From assembly GCF_006345805.1 (NCBI RefSeq), contig NC_043003.1, forward strand, positions 85,560,001 through 85,624,000: a stretch of 64,000 bases of DNA. Direction: 5' to 3'. Positions 1 to 10,480 of the stretch are shown here, one piece after another. The notes beneath the pieces are model-generated. The model saw only the letters and a list, made by a program, of their open reading frames with translations. It was not told where the DNA came from and made no database searches. Both the position numbers and the translations under genes were made by a program. Position 1 is the stretch's first letter, and each line of letters opens with the position of its first letter. The stretch is from Octopus sinensis. Taxonomy: Eukaryota.

Positions 1-1092
1 TTGCTAAAGGAAAGTGTAAACATTGGATACCATTTGAAAACTAGTGATTTTTAAGAGGTATGTAAAAGATATTTTGTTTTAATATAATACTTTGTTTCAC
101 ACACACACAAACACCAATGTGGTTTTTATAAGGATTTTGTGTCATTCTTTCTCTCTCCTGTCCAGACTTCATTACCACTAATTTTTATAAAGGTGCACTT
201 GTAAAAAATTAATAAAATTTTAAAGAAAGAAACAGCCCCTGTTTTCCTGACAAAAAAGGGTTTTGTGGCATATTAGGTCACGATAATTTATTCATTGAAA
301 AAAAGAAAAACATTTTCCAATAATTCCGGTTTCCTCCCCACCCAATTTTTCCAAAGAAAAATAAGGGGTTTGCAACACATTAGGCATCCATAATGCATGC
401 CATTTAAAAGGTATTTACATACAACTTCATTAAAAGATATCCATTTTCCTCAAAGTTATGTGGGAAAAACTCAGATCTTGTGCGTCTTGTGAATTTCCAA
501 ATTACAAAAATAAACAAATTTGGGATAAAATAGGGTGGGGGACGGGCGGAAGTTTTTCCAAAAAGATAAAATAAAAAAGGGGGTTGGGGTTGGGGGGGTA
601 CAAAAGGAAGTCTTGCTCGTATTTCTGCAAAATGTTATCTAAAATTATGGGTAAAGAAAAAAAATGGCAAAAAATATTTGAAAATAGGGTTGGGGATGAA
701 ATTTCTAAGGATTCCAGCCCACCCCGTTTTCCGGACCCATTTGTAGCATATTAGGAGGTCAGCGGAATTCAGTCAACGAAAAAAGAAAAAAAAATTCCAA
801 TGATTTATTTAAGGGGGAGATAACTAGTAAGTCAACTTATTGTTAAACAACAAATACAGCGAATTACAAATTTCGCACGTGTATAAATTCAGTTGACGCC
901 GTGCCAACCACTGAAGAATCTTGTCTCGTGATTCGGCTAATTGGGTGATATTCCAAGATTGACTCACAGTTGACGATTTGAATTTCAGGAACAATGAATT
1001 GCGGTCTCGCTGGTCTTCCACGTGCCATTCTGATCAATTCCAAAGTAAATAATATCCAGTATTTATGTTCTTTAACAGAAAGGTGGCCATTT

Positions 1093-1504
1093 GGCGATCT
1101 TTCGTCTCTAGTAGACCTTTCCGTCGATTTCCGTAAAAAAATTTTTTTTTTACATATGGGCTTGCGGGAACTTTTGAAGTAATGAGAGCGAAAGAGACTA
1201 AGAGAAAGCGATTGTATGACGAGGGAAGTTCTTTTGAAGTTACCGTGCATGGGAGCATTGATGTATGTGTGTGTTTGATGGGGTGTGGGAGACAGACAGT
1301 ATGTTGTGTAAGTGAAGTGCTTCTGTTAGTGTGTGTGAAGAGACAGAGTAATGTGTGAAAGAAAGAGATAACTGAAATTTTTTATTCGGTGTATGTGTAT
1401 ATGTATGTATATTAGTTCAAAAGTTCCTGCAAGCCCATAAGTAAAAAAAAAAAAAAAATTTTACGGAAATCGACGGAAAGGTCTACTAGAGACGAAAGAT
1501 CGCC
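1093..1504. mobile_element. MITE with ~87-bp terminal inverted repeats (5'-GGCGATCTTTCGTCTCTAGTAGACC...)
   Basis: 1093-1179 is the near-perfect reverse complement of 1416-1504; TG-rich interior; no TSD found. Confidence 0.8.
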
Positions 1505-2179
1505 CTTGTGGCGAAAAACGAGACATTGCTGGCATAATTTCGTTATATCTATACTCCACAACCCACAGAAATACCCGGAGTGAAATGTTTTGATTTTGTT
1601 GAGTTATATCGAAAGTTGGATACTAGATTATTATTGACTGGCATTCTTTCGACAAAATCAAAACATTTCATTTCGCGTATTTCCGTGGAAGCAAATGACA
1701 GTTCGATTCTGTTTTCTGCTTGGAAATTTGCGGATTTTACATGCACACATGAAACAGCTAAGAACAAATATGCAAGGCTTTTTTTCTTCAAGTTTAAAAC
1801 GAGACATTGCTGGCATAATTTCGTTATATCTATACTCCACAACCCACAGAAATGTTTTGATTTTGTTGAGTTATATCGAAAGAATGTCTATTGACTTTAT
1901 CCTACATAATATATTAGAGTTAATGTATATAGTACATACCCGTTACAGTGTTTATCCAAAACACCTGATCGTAGTATGTGCGTGTATATATTACCTAGTA
2001 TCGTCAATGATTGTTTTCTTTTGAGAATTTGCGTTTCCGGAAGAAACGACGGAAGTCGAATTATTGGTCATATGACCAATAATTTGACTAACGTCGTTCC
2101 TTACATCTCTTTAGCGTTACATGGATTATGAGATGGGCGGTGGGGTTCTGTTCAAGCAAAGGAAACATTTACAACTACA

Positions 2180-2460
2180 GGGGAGTCAGTGGTGCGATCA
2201 GGTGTGTGGGTTAATAGTAAGAATGTTGAGCTCATAATCATGTAGATTCGAGCGAACAGCACCATGGACCCATGAGCAAGGTGCATTATTTTACGTTTCT
2301 CTAGCATACTCAGCTGAAAATTAGAATCATCTTAGTGCTTGCTGGTGCAGCCCTCTTTCTCATCCTCGATGTTCCACTGGATCAAGGGTGAGTGTCTATG
2401 CCTGATCGTGATTACGTAGACACCTGTAGCAATTAGAGAAAACGAGTGACGATTAAGCTT
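2180..2460 (+). mobile_element. Degenerate tRNA-derived SINE
   Basis: A/B-box-like head followed by the gagcaagg..catactcagctg core shared with copies at 21640 and 26275. Confidence 0.55.
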
Positions 2461-2924
2461 AAGTGGTGGTCGTGTATGTTTTAGAATTGTTTGAGTACGT
2501 CTTCTTGTCTCTAGGCAATCTTATATAAGGAGTAGAATCCTGAGGAATATTTGGTTAATATAAAGATCTTTACCCGTTAACAAAAACCAGACCAGCCTGC
2601 TGGGTGTTAACAACTGTGTAGAAAATGAATGTGACAAAAAATAATTATGCAAACGAACCTGGGGTGGGAGTGGGAACTTTTGGAAGATTCACAAGATCCG
2701 ATTTTTCCGTCATAACTTTTGGGAAAATGGATATATATTGATTTTTCCTTTTACGGAATCCCACATTTTTGGTTATGGAGGATCCGATTCTGAAAACGTT
2801 TTTTCAAAATTTCAATTCTCCGGCTTTGGCCTTCCATATGCTAGAAATAACAGCCAAATCCCACAAAACTGCGATAACATGAAAGAAATATGTAATCAAT
2901 CTACTCACCTTTCTGCAAAGATTT

Positions 2925-3260
2925 CTTGGATCTTTTCTGTTTGATGGACGGAATTTTCTAGTTAACTAAACAATTTTAAACTTCGTATACTTGTAGAATG
3001 TGTCAAAAGAATACAGTATTGTAAACAAAATTGTAATTCGTAACTTTAACGTAGTTTAATTCTACGAATTTTAACCAATGAAATCGCAGCATTCGAGCTC
3101 AAATTATTTGCTGCGTCTTAAAACTCACATGCACACGTTTTATTCATCCTTTCTTTCTCTTCTGTCTTCTACATGTGCTAGAAATAACAGCTATATCTCT
3201 TAAATCGATGAATTTCGTCGCCCAATAAAAATATTAACGATATTTTTTAAATATTTTCTT
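2925..3260 (+). mobile_element. DNA-transposon fragment related to the foldback MITE at 27516-28330
   Basis: Shares ggatcttttc..gttaactaaa..ttttaaacttcgtatact.gtagaatgt and aattttaaccaat..gagctc with the MITE arm. Confidence 0.55.
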
Positions 3261-4019
3261 CTTTTTTTTTTACCGAAAAGGCTTCTCCCATGGTTTTGAA
3301 GGGCCAGAAACAACAAAAACAAAACAATAATATGCCTAAATCGGTCTAGAGTTTGCGCGTGGAGTGTGAGTCGTATTATTTTTATTTTTTATTTTATCTA
3401 GTTTCAGCTCACGAGCTGTGGCCATGCTGGGGCACCGCCATTTGTAAAAATTTGCGAAATATTTTTTCATAAAATGATGCCCCAGCTTGTCGGAAGCTGT
3501 GATATAAATTGGGGAAAAAATCCTCGACACCAGTGCGTAATTGGTACTTAATTTATCGACCCCGAAACGATGAAACATTGACCCCCCCCCCTTCTGGTTT
3601 ATTTACCTTTTGTGTAAACCTGTTACGGCAAGGGGCAACTCACGAACGTGTATGTATGCTTGTGTGTGTATGTATATGTCCGTTTGTATGTGTGTGTACG
3701 CTTATATATTAATTACTATGTGCTTGTGCAAATGTATATGCATGTGTTTGAGAGAGAGAGAGTGTGTGTGTGTGTCGTGCGTCTGTTATATTTCTTTATC
3801 AATATCGATAACGCAGCAATCCTGGGATTTCTTTGGTTAAAATTCGAAGATGCTGGGACTTCATTGGTTAAAATTCGTAAAAGTTTGAAAAGCACTGTGC
3901 TAGACCAACGTTTTATGAAAAAATAAAAATAAAAATCTTTCGCGCGCAAACTAATTTTTATGTGTGGTGGTGAGAATGTTGTTTCTCTAGAGAAGTGGTT
4001 TAAAATGAACATATCTTTG

Positions 4020-4053
<34 letters not shown>

Positions 4054-4249
4054 CAAGCTGCATTATCTACCGGTAAACTTTTGCAAAATTAAAAATATTT
4101 TTTAATGTACGTGGAAAAATACAGAGATTAAGAATATGGAATTTTTTTAGCAACAGAAGGTACAAATAAAGGTGCATGCGAATACAACAGAAATACAGGT
4201 AAAATTACAGAGCATAAAAGAAGTCTCAGCATATTGACTTACTACAGAG

Positions 4250-5101
4250 TTAGTTACCAGTTCATGTGGTACACGATAAGTTCTATAACTGTAAAATTAC
4301 AGAGAAACATATAATTTGGCAGCCTGTCGAAAGAATTTGTGGAGTAGCAAAAATTATTACTCTCCGAGGAGATAAATAAATATCTAGACAGATATTGATT
4401 TAAATATTCCGGCTTCATGCCTGGTCGCCGAATCCATTCTTTTACATCTCTCCACAAACGTTCAATGTTTTGTGTGTGTATGTGTTTGTGTGCCGGATGT
4501 ACAAAGTTTTCAGAATGGTTTATCACATAATGGTGGTAACCCAAACTGCTTAGATCTCTGTAGGCAGCCCAAGAATCGCTGTAAATAATTGAGCCAGGTT
4601 TGATATGTTTTTGGATTAGAGGAACCAGTGTCGCTTTGTCACGCTTCTTATTAATAAGAGGCACAACAAAACGACGCTTACTGGTTCGCTCTATTCCACC
4701 AAACAACTAGTTGCTGGACTCAATTCCAGGTTTTCTACGACTCTTTTATGCTGCCATGCACCAAGCAGAAACTCATTCACAAAGATAATAAGCTTCCATG
4801 GACTAATGCGTGCATTATCAAGAAAGGTCCCATGAAAGTCTGATATCGAATAGCCACATTGACGCCGCTTCTTCGATTTTGCGACAGTAAAACTTTTCCT
4901 ATATCTCCGAATATGCTGGTCTTCTCTGTATATACATTTGCTTCCAAATCGAGGACATGTTACAGAAGTTGGTTGGACACCATGATTCCGAAGGAATTCT
5001 ATAGCTTTTCCGTCTTCCTGAATAAAGGTACGCATGCAAATATAATATTTGAATTCGCAAGAAACACAAGACATCTTTACTTTGATACGACCGATCAGCA
5101 A
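4250..5101 (-). mobile_element. Merlin (IS1016/IS1595-like, ISXO2-type DDE) transposase, internally deleted
   Basis: ORFs 4691-5101 (AIEFLRNHGV..CP..C..QCG.SISDFHGTFL) and 4254-4706 (FGGIER..RFVVP..RD.ATL.PLIQKHIKPGSIIYSDSWAAY..L..H..INHSENFV..HTQNIERLW). TIRs not located. Confidence 0.88.
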
Positions 5102-5126
5102 ATGTCTCGTTCATATTTTTGTTTCT

Positions 5127-5128
<2 letters not shown>

Positions 5129-5184
<56 letters not shown>
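5129..5184. repeat. (CT)n microsatellite
   Basis: Pure dinucleotide run; source of the spurious poly-RE ORF. Confidence 0.95.
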
Positions 5185-5187
<3 letters not shown>

Positions 5188-6089
5188 GTCCCTGGATAGA
5201 TAGATAGATAGTGTAGCGAAGGTGAAAAATAAAAACGAGAAAATGCTATGACCCACTTCCGTTGGCTGGGAAAAGAATTAATGGATCTTATCTTGTCACC
5301 GGTAAGAGAAATTAATGAGGGTAGGAAGAACCTCTGACCCTTACACGGTCAAGGAAAGTTGAGAAAAAAATAAATTTGCCACCCCTTTAAAATGCCGGGA
5401 GCTGGTGTTAGTAGATCAGGGACAGCAATGTTGAAGTGTAAAAGAAGGGGGAACAGTAAAATGTGTTTCTAAAAGGAAAAAAAAGAAAAGAGAAAAGAAC
5501 ATTGTCAGAAAAAAAGAAGGAAAAGAAAGAGACTATTTGTTCTGATTGTTTTCGGACGTTGTGTTATGTTTAAATGCATTGATTGTTTTTTTGGTAAAAT
5601 TACAAGAAAAATATTTAGTTTATTTAGAGTCCTAGGTTTTATATGTCAGAATAAACTTTTTCAGAAAAATACATTTCTGAAGGGGAGGTGTGAATTTGCA
5701 TTAGCCCCATTCCCAAATCTTTTAGTGGGTGCATGAAATAGCTTTTCCGTCATCCTCAAAAACTTCACGGATGCGAAATTGAAGAACATATATAACAGGT
5801 ATGTAGAACATATATTTCTGTACTTTCTGTTTATTCGTATAAATCATTGAAATTGTTGTGCACGCGCACACAAACATGAATACACCAATTATACACAATT
5901 TCTATATATATATTTAATAACGAACCATGTAATTCACACCCATGAAATTTTATTTCTGTAAAATGTTGGGAGTGGGTGAAACTTCCGAGGTTTCCACCTT
6001 ACCCCACTCCATTTTTCGAACCGTAAAAAGGGTTTTCTACCTTGTTGGGATGGGTTATGTTAGCATGTCACAGGAATTCATTCAAGGAA

Positions 6090-6490
6090 AAAAAAAAAAA
6101 AAAATCCAATTCGCCACCCGCTTTTCCGAACCAAAGTAAGGGATTTGCAGCATATTAGGCTAAGGAGGTCAGAGTACTTGATTCCACGCAAAAAATCCGA
6201 ATTAAAAAAAAAAAATTTTCCTTAGTGAAAATTCCAGGGGAGGGGGGCTGCCCTCCCTTCCGAACCAAAATATGGGATTTACAGCATATTACGAGGTCAA
6301 GATACTTGATTCCACGCAAAAAATCTGAGTTTTTTTTTCTTGTGAAAATTCCGGGGTGGGGTTACCTCCCTCCCCCTTTCCGGAGCAATTCCAGACCAAA
6401 ATATGGGATTTGCAGCATATTAGGCGGTCAGGGTACTTGATTCCATGCAAAAAATCCGAGTTTTTTTTTTCTTAGTGAAAATCGCGCGGG
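6090..6490 (+). repeat. Tandem array of ~115-140-bp units (ccaaaatatgggatttgcagcatattagg..ggtcag..tacttgattccacgcaaaaaatccgag)
   Basis: Three clear units; more diverged relatives at ~230-800. Confidence 0.75.
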
Positions 6491-7839
6491 TGTTAATCTG
6501 TAATTTTACCCGAATATCTTAGGCTGTTATATTCTTGAAGTGCCAATGATTCGGAAGTAAATCCATCGATTTACAGTTTAATTTCATTGGCGTCTGACTG
6601 GCACCGGTACCATCCTATATCATCACTTCTGAATCATCACTGGCATCAATAGATATCTCTCATCACCTACCCAACCAATTGATGACTTAGACCACCACTC
6701 TTGAAGGCTTACAACACTAGCCTCTGTAAGTGACCTACCGCTCTTGCAGACTAACAACATTTTTTCCACTACAAGCGACTCACTGCCCTTGCAGGCAAAG
6801 TCTTGGCACTGCTCATATCTCAGCAGCCAACATTGCATCTCAAGCACTTTGACTTTTGCATCCTGTGATTTCCAGTTTCCTGGACAGTTGTTATCATGGT
6901 TGCATGTCAGACGTTCTGTGTCTCAGACCACTTACATTTCTTAACTTCGCCTCGCCAGTGACTGCTCCGGAGAATAAACTTATGTTGTTATAGACACCGC
7001 ATTCACATTTCCTCTCTTTCTATATCATTGTACATATATGCTTTGTACTATTTGATTGGACACCTTTCTTTACTGAACGTTTCCTTGTACATACTTGCAT
7101 TGTAATTTTTTTTCAATTTCAATTGCCATGGTTCGTTCTTCTGTGCCCGCCTAGTGCACACTCTGCCCACACTACTTTTAAGCTACTGCTTCCAGTCTAA
7201 GTGGGGTGGACCTCTGTAGGCGCAGTTATCTCCCTTGACAGCGGATTTAAATAAGCAACATTAAGGTTCAGAGACTCATCTCTTCCTCTTTTCTCGCCAA
7301 GACGTCGGACAGTAAAGACGTGATCTAATCTCTCTCTCTCTCACCACACGCCAGTAGCAGATAGGAGGCAACGCACAGGAGAAGACTATGGCTTCCACGC
7401 ATCAAACCATTTTCATTTATTATCCAGCTTGTGTATATACGTGTGGCCACATTAAAGGTATTTAAAGTTACCACCTTGTTCCATGTATTTCTTTATACCA
7501 TGTTCCTGTCAAATGACATTACAGCCTTCTGAGTAGAGTCATGTTAGATGGCTCCACAGCCTATCCATCTATAAATGCAATAGTGACAGTTGTTTTTAAC
7601 ATCAAGGGAGACACTCCAGAGAGTAAGCAACACTTCTAGTCTCTCTTATTTTACTTTAGTTTGAACACCTGCCTCTGCCTTTTTCTGAAGGAACTATTCT
7701 CTGCTATTCTTGTTTCATTTTCATGTTTAATTTTGCTCGTTTTCTTACTATCACCAACGGTTTCCATTATTTCTACAAACTTCATTTCTTACTTACCTTA
7801 AAATAGTGTGCTGGAAGTGCTATTCATTGCCTTTGATTG

Positions 7840-7978
7840 ATTCTACAGCTGAGTGGATTGGAACCACGTGAAATAAAGTGTCTTGCTCAAGAACGCAACA
7901 CAGCCCGGTCCGGGAATCGAATTTACTACCTCATGATTGTGAGCCCGATGCTCTAACCACTAACCCATATACCTTCAC
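7840..7978 (-). mobile_element. tRNA-derived SINE (ttgtgttcttgagcaagacactttatttcac core family)
   Basis: Reverse complement has gttagagcatcgg A-box-like and ttcgattcccgg B-box-like motifs plus the shared core; CpGs retained. Confidence 0.8.
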
Positions 7979-7999
7979 CACAACAGTAGATCAATGAAG

Positions 8000-8600
8000 T
8001 AATGGCATGGCTGGTGGCGCCGCAGTTCCGACATAGTCAGTGGTCCCATGTCCAAAGGTGGCTAGGGTGGAAGCAAAGGCAAAGAAATCGCTTCATTCTC
8101 GAGGCAAACAACGTAGAACACCGAGATGCTGTACAGTAGCGGAGCTAGTGGGGGTATGGCTGCGAGGATACAGTCCGCCCGGGCATTTGTAAGAGATCGT
8201 TTCCTGGATGCAAAGTTGCGATTTGAAACCGAATCCACATTTTCGTTGCTTGTTACATGGATGTCCGGTCCTTTGTTTCTCCTCTCTGCACTGGGAAATT
8301 AATGAGGATGATGTGATCTCTGAGAATCCTAAAACAAAGGTTACTCCTTTGTTTTAGGATTGACCCACTTTAGTTGCCAAACCTTATATAAACTAATAAA
8401 AGGTCTGTTCAGCCTCTTTGGTATCAACCTTCTGACCAAGAGCATCGTGGCGGCATGGAAAAGCGGGTGACAACACAATTCTCTTAGGCTCCATCTGGCA
8501 CGGGAGGTACTACCCGTCACTTACGTATCAAATAGCAGAAGATGATCAAGTAGTAAAGACATACAGGGCGCGGAGGTCTGACTTTAGACATTATGTCACA
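8000..8600 (-). mobile_element. Probable 5' portion of a CRE-clade non-LTR retrotransposon (degenerate)
   Basis: Minus-strand frames give ARADC.. and E*SDFFAFAST, resembling the N-terminal WxxLFxFA region of CRE-type ORFs; weak, recalled similarity only. Confidence 0.4.
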
Positions 8601-8624
8601 CAAGTCGATATACTTGGATGTCAA

Positions 8625-8985
8625 TACTCTCTTTACTCTTTTACTTATTTCAGTCATTTGACTGTGGTCATGCTGGAGCACCGCCTTTTGTCAAGCAAAT
8701 CGCCTAGTACTTATTCTATCAGTCTCTTTTGCCGAACCGCTAATTTACGGGGACGTAAACACACCACCATTGGTTGTCAAGCGATGTTGGGGGAACAAAC
8801 ACACACACAAACATATACACACACATACATACATATACGACAGGCTTCTTTCAGTTTCCGTCTACCAAATCCACTCACAAGGCTTTGGTCGGCCTGAGGC
8901 TATAGTAGAAGACACTTGCAGTTGGGCCTGACCCCGGAACCATGTAGCTGGTAAGCAAGCTACTTACCACAAAGCCACTCCTGTG
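8625..8985 (-). mobile_element. tRNA-derived SINE (ggagtggctgtgtggtaagtagcttgc family), near full length
   Basis: High similarity to copies at 47302-47693 and 56975-57350, including the tail gactgaaa.aagtaaaaga. Confidence 0.9.
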
Positions 8986-9039
8986 CCTTTTCTTTTTAAT
9001 GAACATAAACATTTAGTTACATTTATCAATTTTTTTTTA

Positions 9040-9549
9040 ATCACAGCAACTACTCGCACACCATAAGATTTAATGGAACCTACTGAAGCAAGCCAGTACG
9101 CTCGCAGCATTACCACGGGTGATGGTGAGGCTATAAGGCATTGGGAAAGCCAAGCGACCTCACGGGCATCACCTGACACCTCGGTGAGGCGAGCTGCTAA
9201 CGTTGACAAGAACTTCGCGGTTAGTGTCCCAGCCCCTTCGAACGTCCCAAACGCCACAAGGTGGAAGAGATAGTTCACTGTCAGGTCCCGATATTTTAGG
9301 GTTTTCTTCCATTCGACTACAGAAGCGGTGACCCTCTCCTTAACCGCAGCATCCAGGATGTGGGAAGGAGCAAAAGAGTGGCAGACTGTGGAATCCCAAA
9401 TGAGGCACCTACCTCTAACCCAAGGACTGAGGGTAAGACCATCTGGTCTCTTTCTATCACTTCTGGACAACACTGACGGCTCCAGAACTGAGGGGATATT
9501 AATCCGAGCTAGGGCCCGTTTATTGATTAGGTTTAGCTCAAGTCTCCCA
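9040..9549 (-). mobile_element. 3' end of a CRE-clade non-LTR retrotransposon (restriction-like endonuclease domain)
   Basis: ELNLINKRALARINIPSVLEPSVLSRSDRKRPDGLTLSPW.RGRCLIWDSTV..SFAPSH..EWKK..KY..VAFGT is the PD-(D/E)xK RLE C-terminus typical of CRE elements. Confidence 0.85.
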
Positions 9550-9766
9550 AAGGCGGCAAATTAGCAGAATTGTTAACACGCCGGGCAAAATGCTTAGCAG
9601 TATTTCGTCCGTCTTTACGTTCTGAGTTCAAATTCCGCCAAGGTCAACTTTACCTTTCATCGTTTTGAGGTTGTTAAAATAATTACCAGTTGAACACTGG
9701 GATCGGTGTGATCGACATACCCCTTCTTATCAAAATGCTGGCCTTGTGCCAAAACTTGAAACCAAT
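9550..9766 (+). mobile_element. tRNA-derived SINE (aaggcggcgagctggcagaa family)
   Basis: Matches 60920-61155: gagttcaaattccgcc B-box, ctttcatc, ggccttgtgccaaaa tail. Confidence 0.85.
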
Positions 9767-10049
9767 ACGAATGAGTCTCCCTGACTAAAGGTTAATTAGG
9801 TCGTTTGTCTCAAGAGTAAGCTCAGGAAAGCGGGAAGCTAGCACAGTAAAATGTAAATAAACCGGCAGACGGTGACGAGTAACCACTGCTTATCTTTCCC
9901 AATAAAAATCATGAATCATCAGATTTTAGCATAGAGATCTATAATCGCCAACGCCTGTAGGCATGGTACATGAAGAGAAGGAGAGACGGGAGAGAAAGAG
10001 AGACAGAGACAGGGAGAGAAAGATTGCAACAGAAAAAGAGAAACTTTGA

Positions 10050-10480
10050 GTTACCTCCCCTTTCTTGTTTATTGTTAACAACTCAGGAAGCGCCACTTTC
10101 GACTGAGTTAAGAGGTTTTATAAAATCATTCAATTATTTTTTCAACGGTCACAAAGAATTGATAAAGTTTCGTCCCTAACTTAAACAGTAAGACGTACGA
10201 AATATATTATGAGGAATAATTGATAGCAACAAAAATTGGTTTATAAGCATGAAAAATGGGGGTCTGTATACTACTTGCCGTCGCGAGAAGTGGTTGATAT
10301 AGCAACATTACAAACATTTTATATATTCCAACGAACTCTTACGTACCAACATATATCTACCTATGACAATATCGAATTCTGGATCTGATTTCAGTGAACC
10401 AATAATTAATTACGCAAGCTCGACTCGTTCATTAACTTTTGATTAAAGCGGCATTTTCTGAACGAAGCGAATTAATGGTA
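10050..10480. promoter_or_regulatory. Putative CpG-rich (bidirectional) promoter and non-coding first exon of SPICE1
   Basis: Non-repetitive CpG-retaining stretch. TCGCGAGA at 10281-10288; X-box-like GTTGATATAGCAAC at 10293-10306; + strand donor ATG|gtaatt at 10478; - strand donor GAG|gtaact near 10053. Confidence 0.45.

Noticed and set aside
968-1029. Possible minus-strand exon (cag|AATGGCACGT...CAACT|gtgagt) and ORFs 824-1250
   Set aside because: Good donor but weak acceptor, no recognisable protein, and the longer ORF runs through a MITE TIR. It could belong to a divergent gene but is unsupported.
4064-4100. ggtaaacttttgc as the Merlin TIR
   Set aside because: No matching inverted copy or 8-bp TSD found on the other side of the transposase
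6090-6490. Repeat-spacer-like array as a CRISPR
   Set aside because: Eukaryotic context, long degenerate units, no unique constant-length spacers, no cas genes. The same applies to the RTE UTR sub-repeats at 52.8-53.1 kb.
6617-6950. LGTAHI-like peptide suggesting a retroelement C-terminus
   Set aside because: Only a six-residue resemblance in a stop-riddled frame; family cannot be assigned
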